A stretch of 64,000 nucleotides of DNA from the NCBI GenBank assembly GCA_029261775.1, contig JAJDAR010000082.1, positions 20,215-84,214 of the forward strand, read 5' to 3'. This document shows positions 18,635 through 28,224 of the stretch, piece by piece. Both the position numbers and the translations under genes were made by a program. Under the pieces are notes generated by a model. It saw nothing but the letters and a program-made list of their open reading frames with translations, had not been told where the DNA came from and made no database searches. The DNA is from Deltaproteobacteria bacterium. GTDB lineage: Bacteria; Myxococcota_A; UBA9160; UBA6930. Position 1 is the stretch's first letter; each line of letters opens with the position of its first letter.

Positions 18635-19890
18635 TCGTCCGCAGTCCGTGCCCGCGAAGTTCCGGGTGCGAACGCCTTCGAGGGATCGGACAGGTAGCGC
18701 TCGCTGACCTCTCGCATCACCCGGTCGACCGGAATGCCGCGCACACAGACGGGGTCCGAGCAGCGACTGACCTTGAGATTGTAGTTCGTGACACAGGGAC
18801 TGCAGTAGAGATCCCGGTAGAGCACGAGGTCGTGGTCGTTGCCGGGTCCGTAGTTGAGAGGAGACGTCGGACCGAAGAAGGCAGCCACCGGCGTTCCGAC
18901 CATGGCCGAGAGGTGCATCACCGACGTGTCGTTGACGACTGTCAGACGGGAGCGTTTCAGGAGCGCGACGAGTTCCATGACGCCCAGACGATCACACGCG
19001 TCGAGCGCGGGCTCTCGCATGAGCGAGGCCACCTCGCGCACGAGGGCCGCCTCCTCGTCGCCCTTGCCGGTCAGGACGACTCTCGCGCCGTGCTTGGCGA
19101 CGATCTGGTCACAAAGCGCGGCGAAGTTCTCGATCGGCCATCTCTTGAGCGGCACCTGGTAGAAGTTGGGCCCGCTGCCGACGTGGACGGTGACGATCGG
19201 GGCGTCGGCGGGATCGTCCGCGAAGCCCTCGAGCAACTCGTCCACGGCCTCGTCCTCGAGAGAGGTCGTCGCCACCTTCCTCGCCGCAGGGGTCGTGTCG
19301 ATCCCCAGCGGCCGAAGGAGTCGAGAGAAGATCCGCGACGCATGCTCGCTGTCCGTGTAGACGACGCGATCGGTATAGAGCGGGCCGCGCCGTTGGCCGT
19401 CCGTGTTGAATCCGATCCGACGAGGCGCCCCGGAGAGGAAGCTCAGGATCGTGGAGAGCTTCACGAACTGCTCGAAATCGATGACGAGGTCGTAGGGGCG
19501 GCTCCGGGTGTTGCGAAAGACGCGAAACAAGCTGCGCAGGAGAGGCACGAAGCCTTCGACGTCCACTGGCAGGACACGGGAGACGGTGTCGGAGCGCTCG
19601 AGGAGCTGACCGTTCGCGGCCATCGTCAAGAAGTCGATCTCCGCGTCGGGATACTCTCGTCGCAACGCTCCCAGGACCGGGATCAGCATCGCGATGTTGC
19701 CGAGCCCGTAGAATTTCATGGCCAGGATGCGACGCGGGGCCGGCGCACGTGCGCCATCCTTCGGAGGCGTGGTGGCCCTGCGCGGCGGCTGCGGCGCGCC
19801 TCCGAGCGAGGCTCGCAGACGCGACCAGCGGAACAGCAGCTCGCACAAGACGAGACCGCCCCACTTGTCGATCCGGCGCGCCAGGTTCAT
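18631..19890 (-). CDS. family 9 glycosyltransferase (heptosyltransferase-like)
   Basis: ILAMKFYGLGNIAMLIPVL N-terminal strand and VVNDTSVMHLSAMVGTPVAAFFGPTSP C-terminal GT9 signature. The ORF extends to 20016, but the ATG at 19890 (MNLARRIDKW) is a likelier start. Confidence 0.8.
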   Translation of the reverse strand: MNLARRIDKWGGLVLCELLFRWSRLRASLGGAPQPPRRATTPPKDGARAPAPRRILAMKFYGLGNIAMLIPVLGALRREYPDAEIDFLTMAANGQLLERSDTVSRVLPVDVEGFVPLLRSLFRVFRNTRSRPYDLVIDFEQFVKLSTILSFLSGAPRRIGFNTDGQRRGPLYTDRVVYTDSEHASRIFSRLLRPLGIDTTPAARKVATTSLEDEAVDELLEGFADDPADAPIVTVHVGSGPNFYQVPLKRWPIENFAALCDQIVAKHGARVVLTGKGDEEAALVREVASLMREPALDACDRLGVMELVALLKRSRLTVVNDTSVMHLSAMVGTPVAAFFGPTSPLNYGPGNDHDLVLYRDLYCSPCVTNYNLKVSRCSDPVCVRGIPVDRVMREVSERYLSDPSKAFAPGTSRARTADE

Positions 19891-20064
19891 GTCAAGGGTC
19901 GCGGCCACGCGCTCTCCTTTGTGCCGTCTCTCGAGCGACCCGCGATGATACCACGATCGCTGCCTCACAGGATCGACGACACCGGCCATGCAGCCGTCCG
20001 GCAGCTGGACTCGCAAGCTCCCGAGAACGTTGGCCTTGGCCAGCTTCCGACGACCGCGTGCCCG

Positions 20065-22149
20065 CTACGCGCCGGGAACCGCCAGCCGGACTTTGCCGGT
20101 CTCGTAGCACCGCTCGGCCTCGCCGCCCCACTGGACGAGGCAGGGAACCAGCTCCCAGCCGCCCTCTGGAAGAATCCCCATCGGTTGAGTCCAGACCCTC
20201 GTGTGGGACCCAGCCTCGAGGTCGGTGGGCAGGCGAAAGAAGCCGACCGAGACCCCTCGATCCGACGAGCCGGAGCGACGGGCTCGGAGCTCGACCCCGA
20301 CCAGCCGGTCCCTCCCGACCGCCACGCCCGGCCAGGTGCGCCGCGACCGATTGTGCAGGTCGAAGCGGAGGTGAGGCCCGAGGCCGAGGGGCCCGCGTAT
20401 CTCACGGACGGCCGGCTCGACCGATCCCTCGAGATCCTGCCCACCGAGCAGGTCGAGACGAGTGCCAAGAAGGGTGCGGGTCTCCGATGGTTGCAGCAGC
20501 TGATCCATCCTCGATTCTCCCGAGAACGGGAGCTCGAAGAGAAGGTGGTCCTCGCCTTCTGTGACCAGTTTCGCGCCCGCCTCCGGCAAGGCGTCCCATC
20601 CCTGCAAGCCTACGCCGTTCCGCGGTCGGCGCACGAGCAGCCACCGCGCCCAGCCGAGCTCGGTGAAGCTTCGAAGCCCGTCCGGCTCGTAGATGCCCTG
20701 GGCCAGGGACTTCATCAGCTCGTTCCAGGGCGGGGTGTAGCCGCTGTACCCGTTCACCATCGGGAGCCAATGGAGATGGCTCATGTACTGCGCTTCGCTG
20801 TGCTGCAAGCCGAGCCTTGCCGGCCACTCGAGGAGCGGAGCCCCGCCTCCGTTCGCGGCCAGCCACTCGTACGGTGCGAGGTCCCGTGCGATCTCGGGAG
20901 CGGGGCGGGCCCTGATCTCGAGCGCCGAGGCCGAGAGCAAGAGAGCCACAGCGGTTGCGATGGCGATCGTCGCGCGCATCCGATCCAGGAGCAGGCTGCG
21001 CCCTCCCACGAACGCGAAGGAGGCCAGCAGGGAAAGGGCCAGCCAGGTCACGATGCCGAACCGTGTCATCACGCGGAGGGCAGTCCAACCGGGGATCAGC
21101 CAGCCGACGGCGTCGTCGATCCTGCCGACGGGAAGCCCCCAGACCTCCCGAGCCTGACTCACCGCAAACAGCGAAGAGAGAACCGCGCAGGCGAGGAGCG
21201 CCAGGATGCGCAGCCGCAGTTGGGGCCGGGTCCAACCCACGACACAACCCACGGCGGCGAAGACCGGCAGCAGCCACCACGCCATCCAGTGGTGCCCTGC
21301 GGCTGGGGGGAAGAGATAGTTTCCGAGCAGAGCCCAGCCCGCTTCGCGGACTTCGATCTTCCCGACGATCACGCCCGACTGCTCGAGATCCAGGTACGGC
21401 AGGCTGAGCAGGGCGACTGGAAGCGCTCCCAGGATCAGGCCCGCGACGAGTCGCCCGGACCCGGACCGGGGATGCGCAAGAGCCTGGCCCGCGAGGCAGA
21501 GACCCGCGATCAGGAAGCCGAGGTAGCCCAGATAGGCGGAGCTCGTGCCCTGCAGTACCAGGGCCACCGCGAGCAGCCCCGCGCGGGCCCAGCTCGCGGC
21601 AGCAGCCCCCGGAAGGCAGAGAAAGGCGATGACTGGAAGGAACTGGACCGACAGCAGCTGAGGGTGGCTGAGCTCATTGAACCGCCAAGGTGCAAAGGCG
21701 AAGGCCACACCAGCGACGAGTGCCGCAGCACGGCTTCGCGTCCACGCGAAGGCAACGAGCGATGCCGCAACTCCACTCATGACGAAGGTCGAGAGGACCC
21801 AGAGATTGAAGGAGAGAGCGAGCTGACCGGTCGAAGCGAAGAACGGAGCAAAGAACGGCAAAGCGCCGATCATGTGATCCGAGTGTGCGAGCGCGCCCGG
21901 GGCGGGAAAGAAGATGTTGGCATCGAACCAGCTGCTCCAGTCACCCGCAAGGAGCTTGTGATGGTCCCAGGCGAGGATCCAAGCGTGCAGCGTCACATCG
22001 GGCTGGTTCAAGAACCCGCCTTCGAAGGTCCTCGCGTCGTAGAGGACGGCCGAGGGATCGGTGGACAAGGGGTGAAGGAGGACGACCGCCAGCGCGGAGA
22101 AGCCAGCTACGACGATCGAGAGATAGGCGAAGCCCTGGCGCTTCATCAT
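20065..22149 (-). CDS. large polytopic membrane protein with C-terminal extracytoplasmic domain (unclassified, GT-C-like)
   Basis: Real part of the 20065..23964 ORF, starting MMKRQGFAYLSIVVAGF. About 12 or more hydrophobic helices over ~420 aa, then a ~270-aa soluble domain. The ATG overlaps the upstream stop as ATGA. The rest of the 1299-aa ORF is Arg/Gly/Pro noise antisense-shifted over the neighbouring gene. Confidence 0.6.
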   Translation of the reverse strand: MMKRQGFAYLSIVVAGFSALAVVLLHPLSTDPSAVLYDARTFEGGFLNQPDVTLHAWILAWDHHKLLAGDWSSWFDANIFFPAPGALAHSDHMIGALPFFAPFFASTGQLALSFNLWVLSTFVMSGVAASLVAFAWTRSRAAALVAGVAFAFAPWRFNELSHPQLLSVQFLPVIAFLCLPGAAAASWARAGLLAVALVLQGTSSAYLGYLGFLIAGLCLAGQALAHPRSGSGRLVAGLILGALPVALLSLPYLDLEQSGVIVGKIEVREAGWALLGNYLFPPAAGHHWMAWWLLPVFAAVGCVVGWTRPQLRLRILALLACAVLSSLFAVSQAREVWGLPVGRIDDAVGWLIPGWTALRVMTRFGIVTWLALSLLASFAFVGGRSLLLDRMRATIAIATAVALLLSASALEIRARPAPEIARDLAPYEWLAANGGGAPLLEWPARLGLQHSEAQYMSHLHWLPMVNGYSGYTPPWNELMKSLAQGIYEPDGLRSFTELGWARWLLVRRPRNGVGLQGWDALPEAGAKLVTEGEDHLLFELPFSGESRMDQLLQPSETRTLLGTRLDLLGGQDLEGSVEPAVREIRGPLGLGPHLRFDLHNRSRRTWPGVAVGRDRLVGVELRARRSGSSDRGVSVGFFRLPTDLEAGSHTRVWTQPMGILPEGGWELVPCLVQWGGEAERCYETGKVRLAVPGA

Positions 22150-24182
22150 CTCGTCTCCGCAGCCTCGACGACGGCGGCCTCGGCCCAACCCACGGGCGCG
22201 AACCCGCTCGATCCAGGCTCGAGCTCCACACACAGGGCCAACTCCACGGTCTCTCCAGCCCAGCGGCCGAGCGGTACAGAGACGGCGCGCGGCGGAACGC
22301 CCGCTTCCAGGGTCTCTCGATACTCGACCGAGGAGCTCCCATCCTCCGAGTCGACCAGGATCTCGAATCGCGCTGCAGCCGGGTCGGGGAACCAGATCCC
22401 GCGGTAGTCCCGCGCCCACGTCTTCGGATCGAAGAGGGGGCGTGCGACGAGCTCGTGTCGGCGCTGCGGCCGGAGCGCGTGGCGGACGCAACTTCGGGGC
22501 GCCGCCTCGGAGATCGGTGGAGCGATCGTCCGGTACGCCAGCCATACCTCGCGTTGGTCTTGCGGCGATCGGGACCAGAGATCGACCACCATGGCCCACG
22601 GCGGGTCGCTCTCGCGTCGTTCCAGCACGATGGCCGCGGGGCTGACCACCTCGACCGGCTCGAACCGACGGGCCATCACCTCTGCGAACCGCGGCGCGAA
22701 GTCGAGGAGCTCTCCGCCGACCCAGGGCACGCCATGCGGATCGAACACCACGAGGTCGACGTTCGCGAGCTCCTCGGCAAGGCGTCGATCCTCGGGCTCC
22801 TTGACGGTCCAGGACACGATGAGGTCCACGGAGAGCGGCAGCGATCGTCCGCTCAGGAAGTGCAGCAGTGGCTGAGCGGGCAGGAAGGCCACGCTCCGTT
22901 CCGGGTCGACCGACTCGCTCCAGCGCAAGACGCGCTCGAGCTGGTCCGCCTTGTGAACGAGCCCCGCGATCTTGCCCCGAGGCGTATCCACCGTCTGTCG
23001 CTGACTGATCCCCATCGCGCCCGCCGCGACGAAGCCCAGGGCGAGCCAGCCCGTGAGCGCCGACACGCCGAGAGCGCGGCGGGGCGAGGCCGCGGCGGCG
23101 GTCGCGAGGATGAGGAGTGGCGCGATGTTGGACAGGTGCGCCCAGTCCGCCCGGTAGAGCATGCTCATGAAGGCCAGCACGGCGCCCACCAGCAGCGATG
23201 CGTCGAGCACCTCGCGCCGCGTCGCCTGGCTTCGGCCACGGAAGGTCCGTACGCCCAGGCCCACGATGGCCGCCAGAGGCACCACGTACGCGAGCTTGAC
23301 CGCCCACTCCAGCAGCAGGGCAGGGAACGAGCCCACCTTCAGGAGGCCCTGGAATTGCAAGTCGGCCAGTGTCCCAGGCAGGTAGGCGTACAGGAGGGCT
23401 CCCGCCTCGGGACCGCCTCCCCAGGGCCAGAGGGGCGGAACCGGAATGATCCAATCCTCGTGGGCTTCCAGCGCCCTGATCAGGACGAGCCGAGCGACTT
23501 CTCCGAGTGCACCGGCCGAGGCGTAGAGGCCGCCCGCGACGACGAGGGGCACCGCGGCAGCGCCGAGCAGGATGAGCCCCTGCGCGGCCAGCGCTCGGAA
23601 CGACGAGCCCGGCCAGGCGTCGCGAAGCAGTGCCGTGGAGACGACACAGACGGAGATGACTCCCAGGTTCTGCTTGGCGAGGAGACAGAAGCCGCAGAGG
23701 AACCCGGCCGTCAGCAGCCACCTCGTCCTGCCCGTCTCGGTGAATCGCAGGCCCGCCGCGAGGGCACCGAGGATGAGCGCCATCCCCAGCTGCGAGTAGT
23801 TCACGATCGTGTAGAGCGGGAACCCAAGCGGCTTGAGGGCGATCACGGCGACTGCACTGCCGAAAGCCCAGCCCGAGCCGAGGGCGGGCCGGAGGACCGC
23901 GTAGCCGAGGAGAACCGTGGCGACGAACAGGCTGGCCTGGAGCAGCCGCGCCACGACCAGCCACTCGCCGAAGATCCTGAACAGGGCCGACAGGAGCTCG
24001 TTGATGAGCGGCGCGACGAAGGTGATCTGGTCCCGGTAGAGCACATCGCCAGCGGCGAGTTCACTCGAGATGGTCAGGATCGAGCCCTCGTCGAGGAGCG
24101 AGATGCCCTCGTCGAGGAAGGGCAGCTGGATCGAGGCGGCCAGGACGGTCAGTGCCACGATGTGCCTGGCTTCCCGCGTCAC
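22146..24182 (-). CDS. large polytopic membrane protein, GT-C-like (paralog of 35936..38059)
   Basis: 678 aa. The N-terminal loop LPFLDEGISLLDEGSILTISSELAAGDVLYRDQITFVAPL aligns with LLEEGIVVHIAQRLAEGEHLYQDVLIFTGPL in 35936..38059. Many TM helices plus a C-terminal soluble domain. Confidence 0.6.
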   Translation of the reverse strand: MTREARHIVALTVLAASIQLPFLDEGISLLDEGSILTISSELAAGDVLYRDQITFVAPLINELLSALFRIFGEWLVVARLLQASLFVATVLLGYAVLRPALGSGWAFGSAVAVIALKPLGFPLYTIVNYSQLGMALILGALAAGLRFTETGRTRWLLTAGFLCGFCLLAKQNLGVISVCVVSTALLRDAWPGSSFRALAAQGLILLGAAAVPLVVAGGLYASAGALGEVARLVLIRALEAHEDWIIPVPPLWPWGGGPEAGALLYAYLPGTLADLQFQGLLKVGSFPALLLEWAVKLAYVVPLAAIVGLGVRTFRGRSQATRREVLDASLLVGAVLAFMSMLYRADWAHLSNIAPLLILATAAAASPRRALGVSALTGWLALGFVAAGAMGISQRQTVDTPRGKIAGLVHKADQLERVLRWSESVDPERSVAFLPAQPLLHFLSGRSLPLSVDLIVSWTVKEPEDRRLAEELANVDLVVFDPHGVPWVGGELLDFAPRFAEVMARRFEPVEVVSPAAIVLERRESDPPWAMVVDLWSRSPQDQREVWLAYRTIAPPISEAAPRSCVRHALRPQRRHELVARPLFDPKTWARDYRGIWFPDPAAARFEILVDSEDGSSSVEYRETLEAGVPPRAVSVPLGRWAGETVELALCVELEPGSSGFAPVGWAEAAVVEAAETR

Positions 24183-24183
24183 C

Positions 24184-25245
24184 TCAAGCTCCCAGCCAGG
24201 TACGCGCTCGGGCTCCCAGAGCGAGACGGACGGATGCGATCAGGGTCATCGACCCGACGAGAGCGAGCGTGGCCAGCGCCAGGAGCCGCAAGCCCGAAGG
24301 AAGGGAGTCGAGCCAGGGCAGCGCCATCAGGATGAACAAGAAGTGGTAGAGGTAGATCGCGAGAGAGGAGTCGCTCAGTTCCGTGACGAGTCTTCCGGGA
24401 GATGCAGCTCTTGCGAAGATGAACGACAGGGCGATGACGGAGAGAGTGAAGGTGAAGCGCACGGTCAGATGCGGAATCCAGGGATCCGCTGCGGCGGTCG
24501 TGCGCGCGTGGAGCAGCACGGGAAGCAAACAGAGTCCGACCGCCATGGGCTTTCTTGCGTCGATCCAGGACATGATCTCGGGCCGGAAGATGGCAGCGAC
24601 CCAGCCAGCAAGGAACATCGGGGCGGCCCCGAGGAACGGGTTTCGCGCCGCCCAGAAGAGGTCCATTCCCGAGGGCTTCGCCTCCCGCAGCCCGAGCGCG
24701 AACGAGGCGTCGATGGCGATGGGCACGAGAGCCAGCGAGGCCAGAGCAAGAACCAGGGTGCGGGTGGCGAGGCGAGAGAGCAGGAAGATCGTCGGAATCA
24801 GCAGGGCGATCAGGAAGATGAAATAGTAGATCTCGAGCGCCGACCCGGTCAGGATCTGGATCCCTGCGGTCAACGCGTGCAGGGCTAGCGGCGATTCGCT
24901 CAGTGCCGGAAGGAGCTCCTCCACGATGGCCCTTGGCTTCTGGGTCTGGGCCCAACCCAGCGCCATCACGGCCCCCGACGCGACCAGGTAGGGAACCAGC
25001 ACCCTCTGGAGCCTCCGCGAGACGTCGCTCCAGGGAATCGGCTCCGCCCGTTGATACAGGAAGCCGGAGGCGAAGAAGAACGCCGGAACCGCGAACTGCG
25101 GGAGGAAGGCCGAGATCCACAGGTCCCAGGGCCCATGCCGCGGATCCCAGAAAGGGCGGCCAGCATGGATCAGGGCGACACCTACAATCGAAGCCGCCTT
25201 GAGGTAGTCGATTGCCGGGAGTCGAACTCGCTGCTCGATACCCAT
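24184..25245 (-). CDS. acyltransferase family 3 (AT3) membrane O-acyltransferase
   Basis: 353 aa and hydrophobic throughout. LPAIDYLKAASIVGVALIHAG N-terminal AT3 motif; no SGNH domain. Confidence 0.75.
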   Translation of the reverse strand: MGIEQRVRLPAIDYLKAASIVGVALIHAGRPFWDPRHGPWDLWISAFLPQFAVPAFFFASGFLYQRAEPIPWSDVSRRLQRVLVPYLVASGAVMALGWAQTQKPRAIVEELLPALSESPLALHALTAGIQILTGSALEIYYFIFLIALLIPTIFLLSRLATRTLVLALASLALVPIAIDASFALGLREAKPSGMDLFWAARNPFLGAAPMFLAGWVAAIFRPEIMSWIDARKPMAVGLCLLPVLLHARTTAAADPWIPHLTVRFTFTLSVIALSFIFARAASPGRLVTELSDSSLAIYLYHFLFILMALPWLDSLPSGLRLLALATLALVGSMTLIASVRLALGARARTWLGA

Positions 25246-25301
25246 GGCGGGACCTTAGCGTCGGACCCGGGATCCGGACGGTCGAAGAGGTGGCCGAGAA
25301 C

Positions 25302-26471
25302 ATGAGCAAACACATCCGAGTCCTGCTGCTCAACGAGCGCGACCCGCTCCACCCCAGGGCTGGCGGGGCCGAGGTGCACGTGGCTGAGGTGGCGAGCAGG
25401 CTCTCCGAGCGCGGCTTCGGGCTCACCCAGTATGCGGCGAGCTTTCCAGGGGCTTCCCCATCCGAGCGCGTCTCCGGGATCGAGGTCGTCCGGCTCGGTG
25501 GGCTGGCTTCGTACTACAGCCGGCTTCCGGGCCGGATCTACCGGGCGACACGGTCTGGGGAGTTCGACGTGGTCGTCGAGCATCTCAACAAGGTCCCCTT
25601 CCAGGCGCCGCTCCTCTCCCGCGTGCCCGTCATCGCCGTCAACCACCATCTCTTCGGCACCAGCGCGTTCGCCCAGGTGGCCTTTCCCATCGCACTTGGC
25701 GTCGTGATGCTGGAGCGCACCCTCCCCTACACCTACCGAAAGGCCCGCTTCCTGGCGGTCTCGCCCAGCTCGAAGCAGGACCTGGTCGAGCGTGGACTTC
25801 CGGAACAAGGGATCGGGCTCGTCTACAACGGCATCCGCTTCCCGACCCTCGAGCGCCAGAGGTTCGCCGACCGGCCCCTGCGACTCGCCTACGTGGGCAG
25901 GCTCGAAGCCTACAAGCGCGTCGAGATCTTTCTCGAGGCGGTGGCCCACCTCGTCCCCCGGTTCCCCGATCTCGAAGCCGTCGTGATCGGCCGCGGGGAC
26001 GAGAGGGAGCGTCTCGCTGGGGTCGCGGAGGAACTGGGCATCGGTGCGAGAACCCGCTTCACGGGCTTCGTGCCCGATGAGGAACGAGATCGTCTCTTGT
26101 CGGGTTCCCGCGTGTGCGTCTGCCCTTCCATGAAGGAAGGCTGGGGAATCACGGTCGTGGAGGCGAGCGCGCATGGCGTGCCCGTGGTGGCGACCGATGC
26201 GCCCGGCCTTCGAGATGCGGTTCGCCCCGGACGGACGGGCTTGCTCGTCTCGGACCGGCCCGAAGCGGGGTTCTCGACACGAGTCGCCGAGGCGGTCGCG
26301 AGCATCCTGCAGGACGAAGAGCTCGGAGAACGCCTGGGTACCGGGGGCCGCGAGTGGGCGCGGCGCTTCACGTGGGACGAAGCCGCGAACGTGATGGAGC
26401 GCGAGATCCGCTCGGTGCTAGGTGAGACGGACACCTCGGCGAGCTCGCAGAACGCCGCCTCGGTTGAATAG
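25302..26471 (+). CDS. family 4 (GT-B) glycosyltransferase
   Basis: MSKHIRVLLLNERDPLHPRAGGAEVHV N-terminus and EGWGITVVEASAHGVPVVATDAPGLRDAV (E-x7-E). The ORF track starts at 25212; ATG 25302 is preferred. Confidence 0.85.
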   Translation: MSKHIRVLLLNERDPLHPRAGGAEVHVAEVASRLSERGFGLTQYAASFPGASPSERVSGIEVVRLGGLASYYSRLPGRIYRATRSGEFDVVVEHLNKVPFQAPLLSRVPVIAVNHHLFGTSAFAQVAFPIALGVVMLERTLPYTYRKARFLAVSPSSKQDLVERGLPEQGIGLVYNGIRFPTLERQRFADRPLRLAYVGRLEAYKRVEIFLEAVAHLVPRFPDLEAVVIGRGDERERLAGVAEELGIGARTRFTGFVPDEERDRLLSGSRVCVCPSMKEGWGITVVEASAHGVPVVATDAPGLRDAVRPGRTGLLVSDRPEAGFSTRVAEAVASILQDEELGERLGTGGREWARRFTWDEAANVMEREIRSVLGETDTSASSQNAASVE

Positions 26472-26490
26472 GAATGGGCGCGTACGTACC

Positions 26491-28224
26491 ATGGACCCGA
26501 TGCCCAAGCAGGTCGGCTCGTCTCGAGGACCGGATCTCCTGGACGAGGCGGAGACCCTGATCGGCGCGCTTCGCAGGCTCGTCGACCTTCGGCCCGACGC
26601 GGAGGCCGTCGTGCTCCTCGATCGCAGTGGCTCTGAGCAGATCGTCGAGGCGGAACCGCTCTGGGCGGCGGCCTCCGCCTTCGGGGCCACGCTCCTCGAC
26701 GAGGGCTTGAAGCCGGGCGATGTCGTGGTCCTGGTCCTGCCGACCAGCAGGGATCTGATCTCGGCCTACTTCGGAACCCTGATGGCAGGTGGCGTCCCGG
26801 CACTCTTGTCGACTCCCTCGCGAAGGGTCTCGGACCCCTCCGTCTTCAGGGGACGGGTCGGGCACGTGGTCTCGACGGCTCGGCCACACTCGCTGATCTG
26901 CAAGAGTCCCGTGGCTGAGCTGCTACGGGAAGAAGCAGGGCTCCTCGGCCGAACCCGGCTGATCGACCCGTCGACGGCGGGCTCGAAACGCGGCGAGAGC
27001 GCCGCCCCGGTCCCCTGCTCACCGGACGCGATCGCGACCATCCAGTTCTCTTCGGGCACGACCGGCTCGCCGAAGGGCGTCCTGGTGAGCCACGGCGCCG
27101 TCCTCAACAACCTGCGCTCGATGCGCGACGCCTTCGGGGTGGTACCGGGGGACGTCGCGGTCAACTGGATCCCGCTCTTTCACGACATGGGGCTGTTCGG
27201 CGCCTTCCTGCTTCCTCTCCTCTGCGGCTGCAAGACCGTGATCATGCCCACGGAGGACTTCATGCGAAGTCCGAGCCTCTGGCTCCGGTGCATCGATCGC
27301 TACCGAGGAACCTTCAGCTGGGCGCCCAACATGGCGTACACCCTCTGCGCCAGCAGGCTCTCGGACGAGGAGATCGAGGGGGTCGACCTCTCGAGCTGGA
27401 GACTGGCCCTGAACGGCTCCGAGCCGGTCCTCGCGTCCACCGTCCGAGCGTTCACGGACCGCTTCGAACCCTACGGCTTCGACCCCCGGGCGATGTCTCC
27501 TGCGTGGGGCCTTGCCGAGGTGACGGTCCTCGCGAGCGTCCACCCCCCGACGGAAGAGCCCATCTGCGAGCTGATCGACCGGACCGCACTCGCCAGGGAG
27601 GACGTCGCGCGGATCACGGCCGACGACGAGGCCGTCTCCTGCGTCTCGGTGGGACGGTGCATCCCAGGCGTGGAGCTCGAGGTGCGCAACGAAGCGGGAG
27701 AGGTGCTCGCGGATCGACATGTCGGGGAGATCTGGCTCAGGTCGAACGCCCTCTTCCAGTGCTACCAGGGAGATCCCCAGCGAACGAGTGGGGCCGTGGT
27801 CGATGGCTGGCTCCGGACCGGAGATCGCGGATACGTCGTGGCGGGCTACGTCTTCTTCGTATCGAGGCTGAAGGACGTGATCGTGATCGGCGGGGAGAAG
27901 TATCTCCCCGACGACATCGAGGCCGTCATCAACCGGGTCGAGGGAGTGAGGCAGGGCTGCGTCGCGGTCTTCGGGGTTGCCGACGAGAAGCGGGGAACCG
28001 AAAAGCTGGCGGCCGTCGTCGAGACCCGGGCGAGCCGACCCGACGAGCAGGAGGATCTGCGCGCCGCGATCCGCAAGGCGGTGACGCGCGCGACGGGACT
28101 CGGCCTCGGCGTGTTGGTCCTCACGCCCCCGAACGGGGTGGAGAAGACCACGAGCGGCAAGCTCTCTCGGAGTGGCACGCGCAGTCGCTACCGTTCGGAG
28201 CTCGAAGCAGAGGGCCAGCCGTGA
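26491..28224 (+). CDS. acyl-AMP ligase of the ANL superfamily (FAAL/acyl-ACP synthetase-like; DltA-position enzyme)
   Basis: 577 aa from ATG 26491. IQFSSGTTGSPKGVLVSHGA (A3), WLRTGDRGY, SRLKDVIVIGGEKYLPDDIE and TTSGKLSR motifs. Confidence 0.85.
   Translation: MDPMPKQVGSSRGPDLLDEAETLIGALRRLVDLRPDAEAVVLLDRSGSEQIVEAEPLWAAASAFGATLLDEGLKPGDVVVLVLPTSRDLISAYFGTLMAGGVPALLSTPSRRVSDPSVFRGRVGHVVSTARPHSLICKSPVAELLREEAGLLGRTRLIDPSTAGSKRGESAAPVPCSPDAIATIQFSSGTTGSPKGVLVSHGAVLNNLRSMRDAFGVVPGDVAVNWIPLFHDMGLFGAFLLPLLCGCKTVIMPTEDFMRSPSLWLRCIDRYRGTFSWAPNMAYTLCASRLSDEEIEGVDLSSWRLALNGSEPVLASTVRAFTDRFEPYGFDPRAMSPAWGLAEVTVLASVHPPTEEPICELIDRTALAREDVARITADDEAVSCVSVGRCIPGVELEVRNEAGEVLADRHVGEIWLRSNALFQCYQGDPQRTSGAVVDGWLRTGDRGYVVAGYVFFVSRLKDVIVIGGEKYLPDDIEAVINRVEGVRQGCVAVFGVADEKRGTEKLAAVVETRASRPDEQEDLRAAIRKAVTRATGLGLGVLVLTPPNGVEKTTSGKLSRSGTRSRYRSELEAEGQP

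Noticed and set aside
18610-22407. 1265-aa plus-strand ORF
   Set aside because: It runs antisense to the GT9 gene and the 20065-22149 membrane protein. Its composition is dominated by R, E, G, P and D, with no recognisable domains. It is a shadow ORF.
20065-23964. Maximal composite ORFs taken at face value: 20065-23964, 6315-8576, 27288-28475, 30990-32882, 38064-40097, 38328-40124, 44519-46612, 46437-47675, 46834-48294, 51033-52748, 52777-53649
   Set aside because: In each, only the C-terminal part has coding character, motifs or a signal peptide. The N-terminal extension overlaps a better-supported neighbouring gene or is Arg/Pro-rich. Internal starts with ATGA/GTGA coupling or Shine-Dalgarno sequences were chosen instead.
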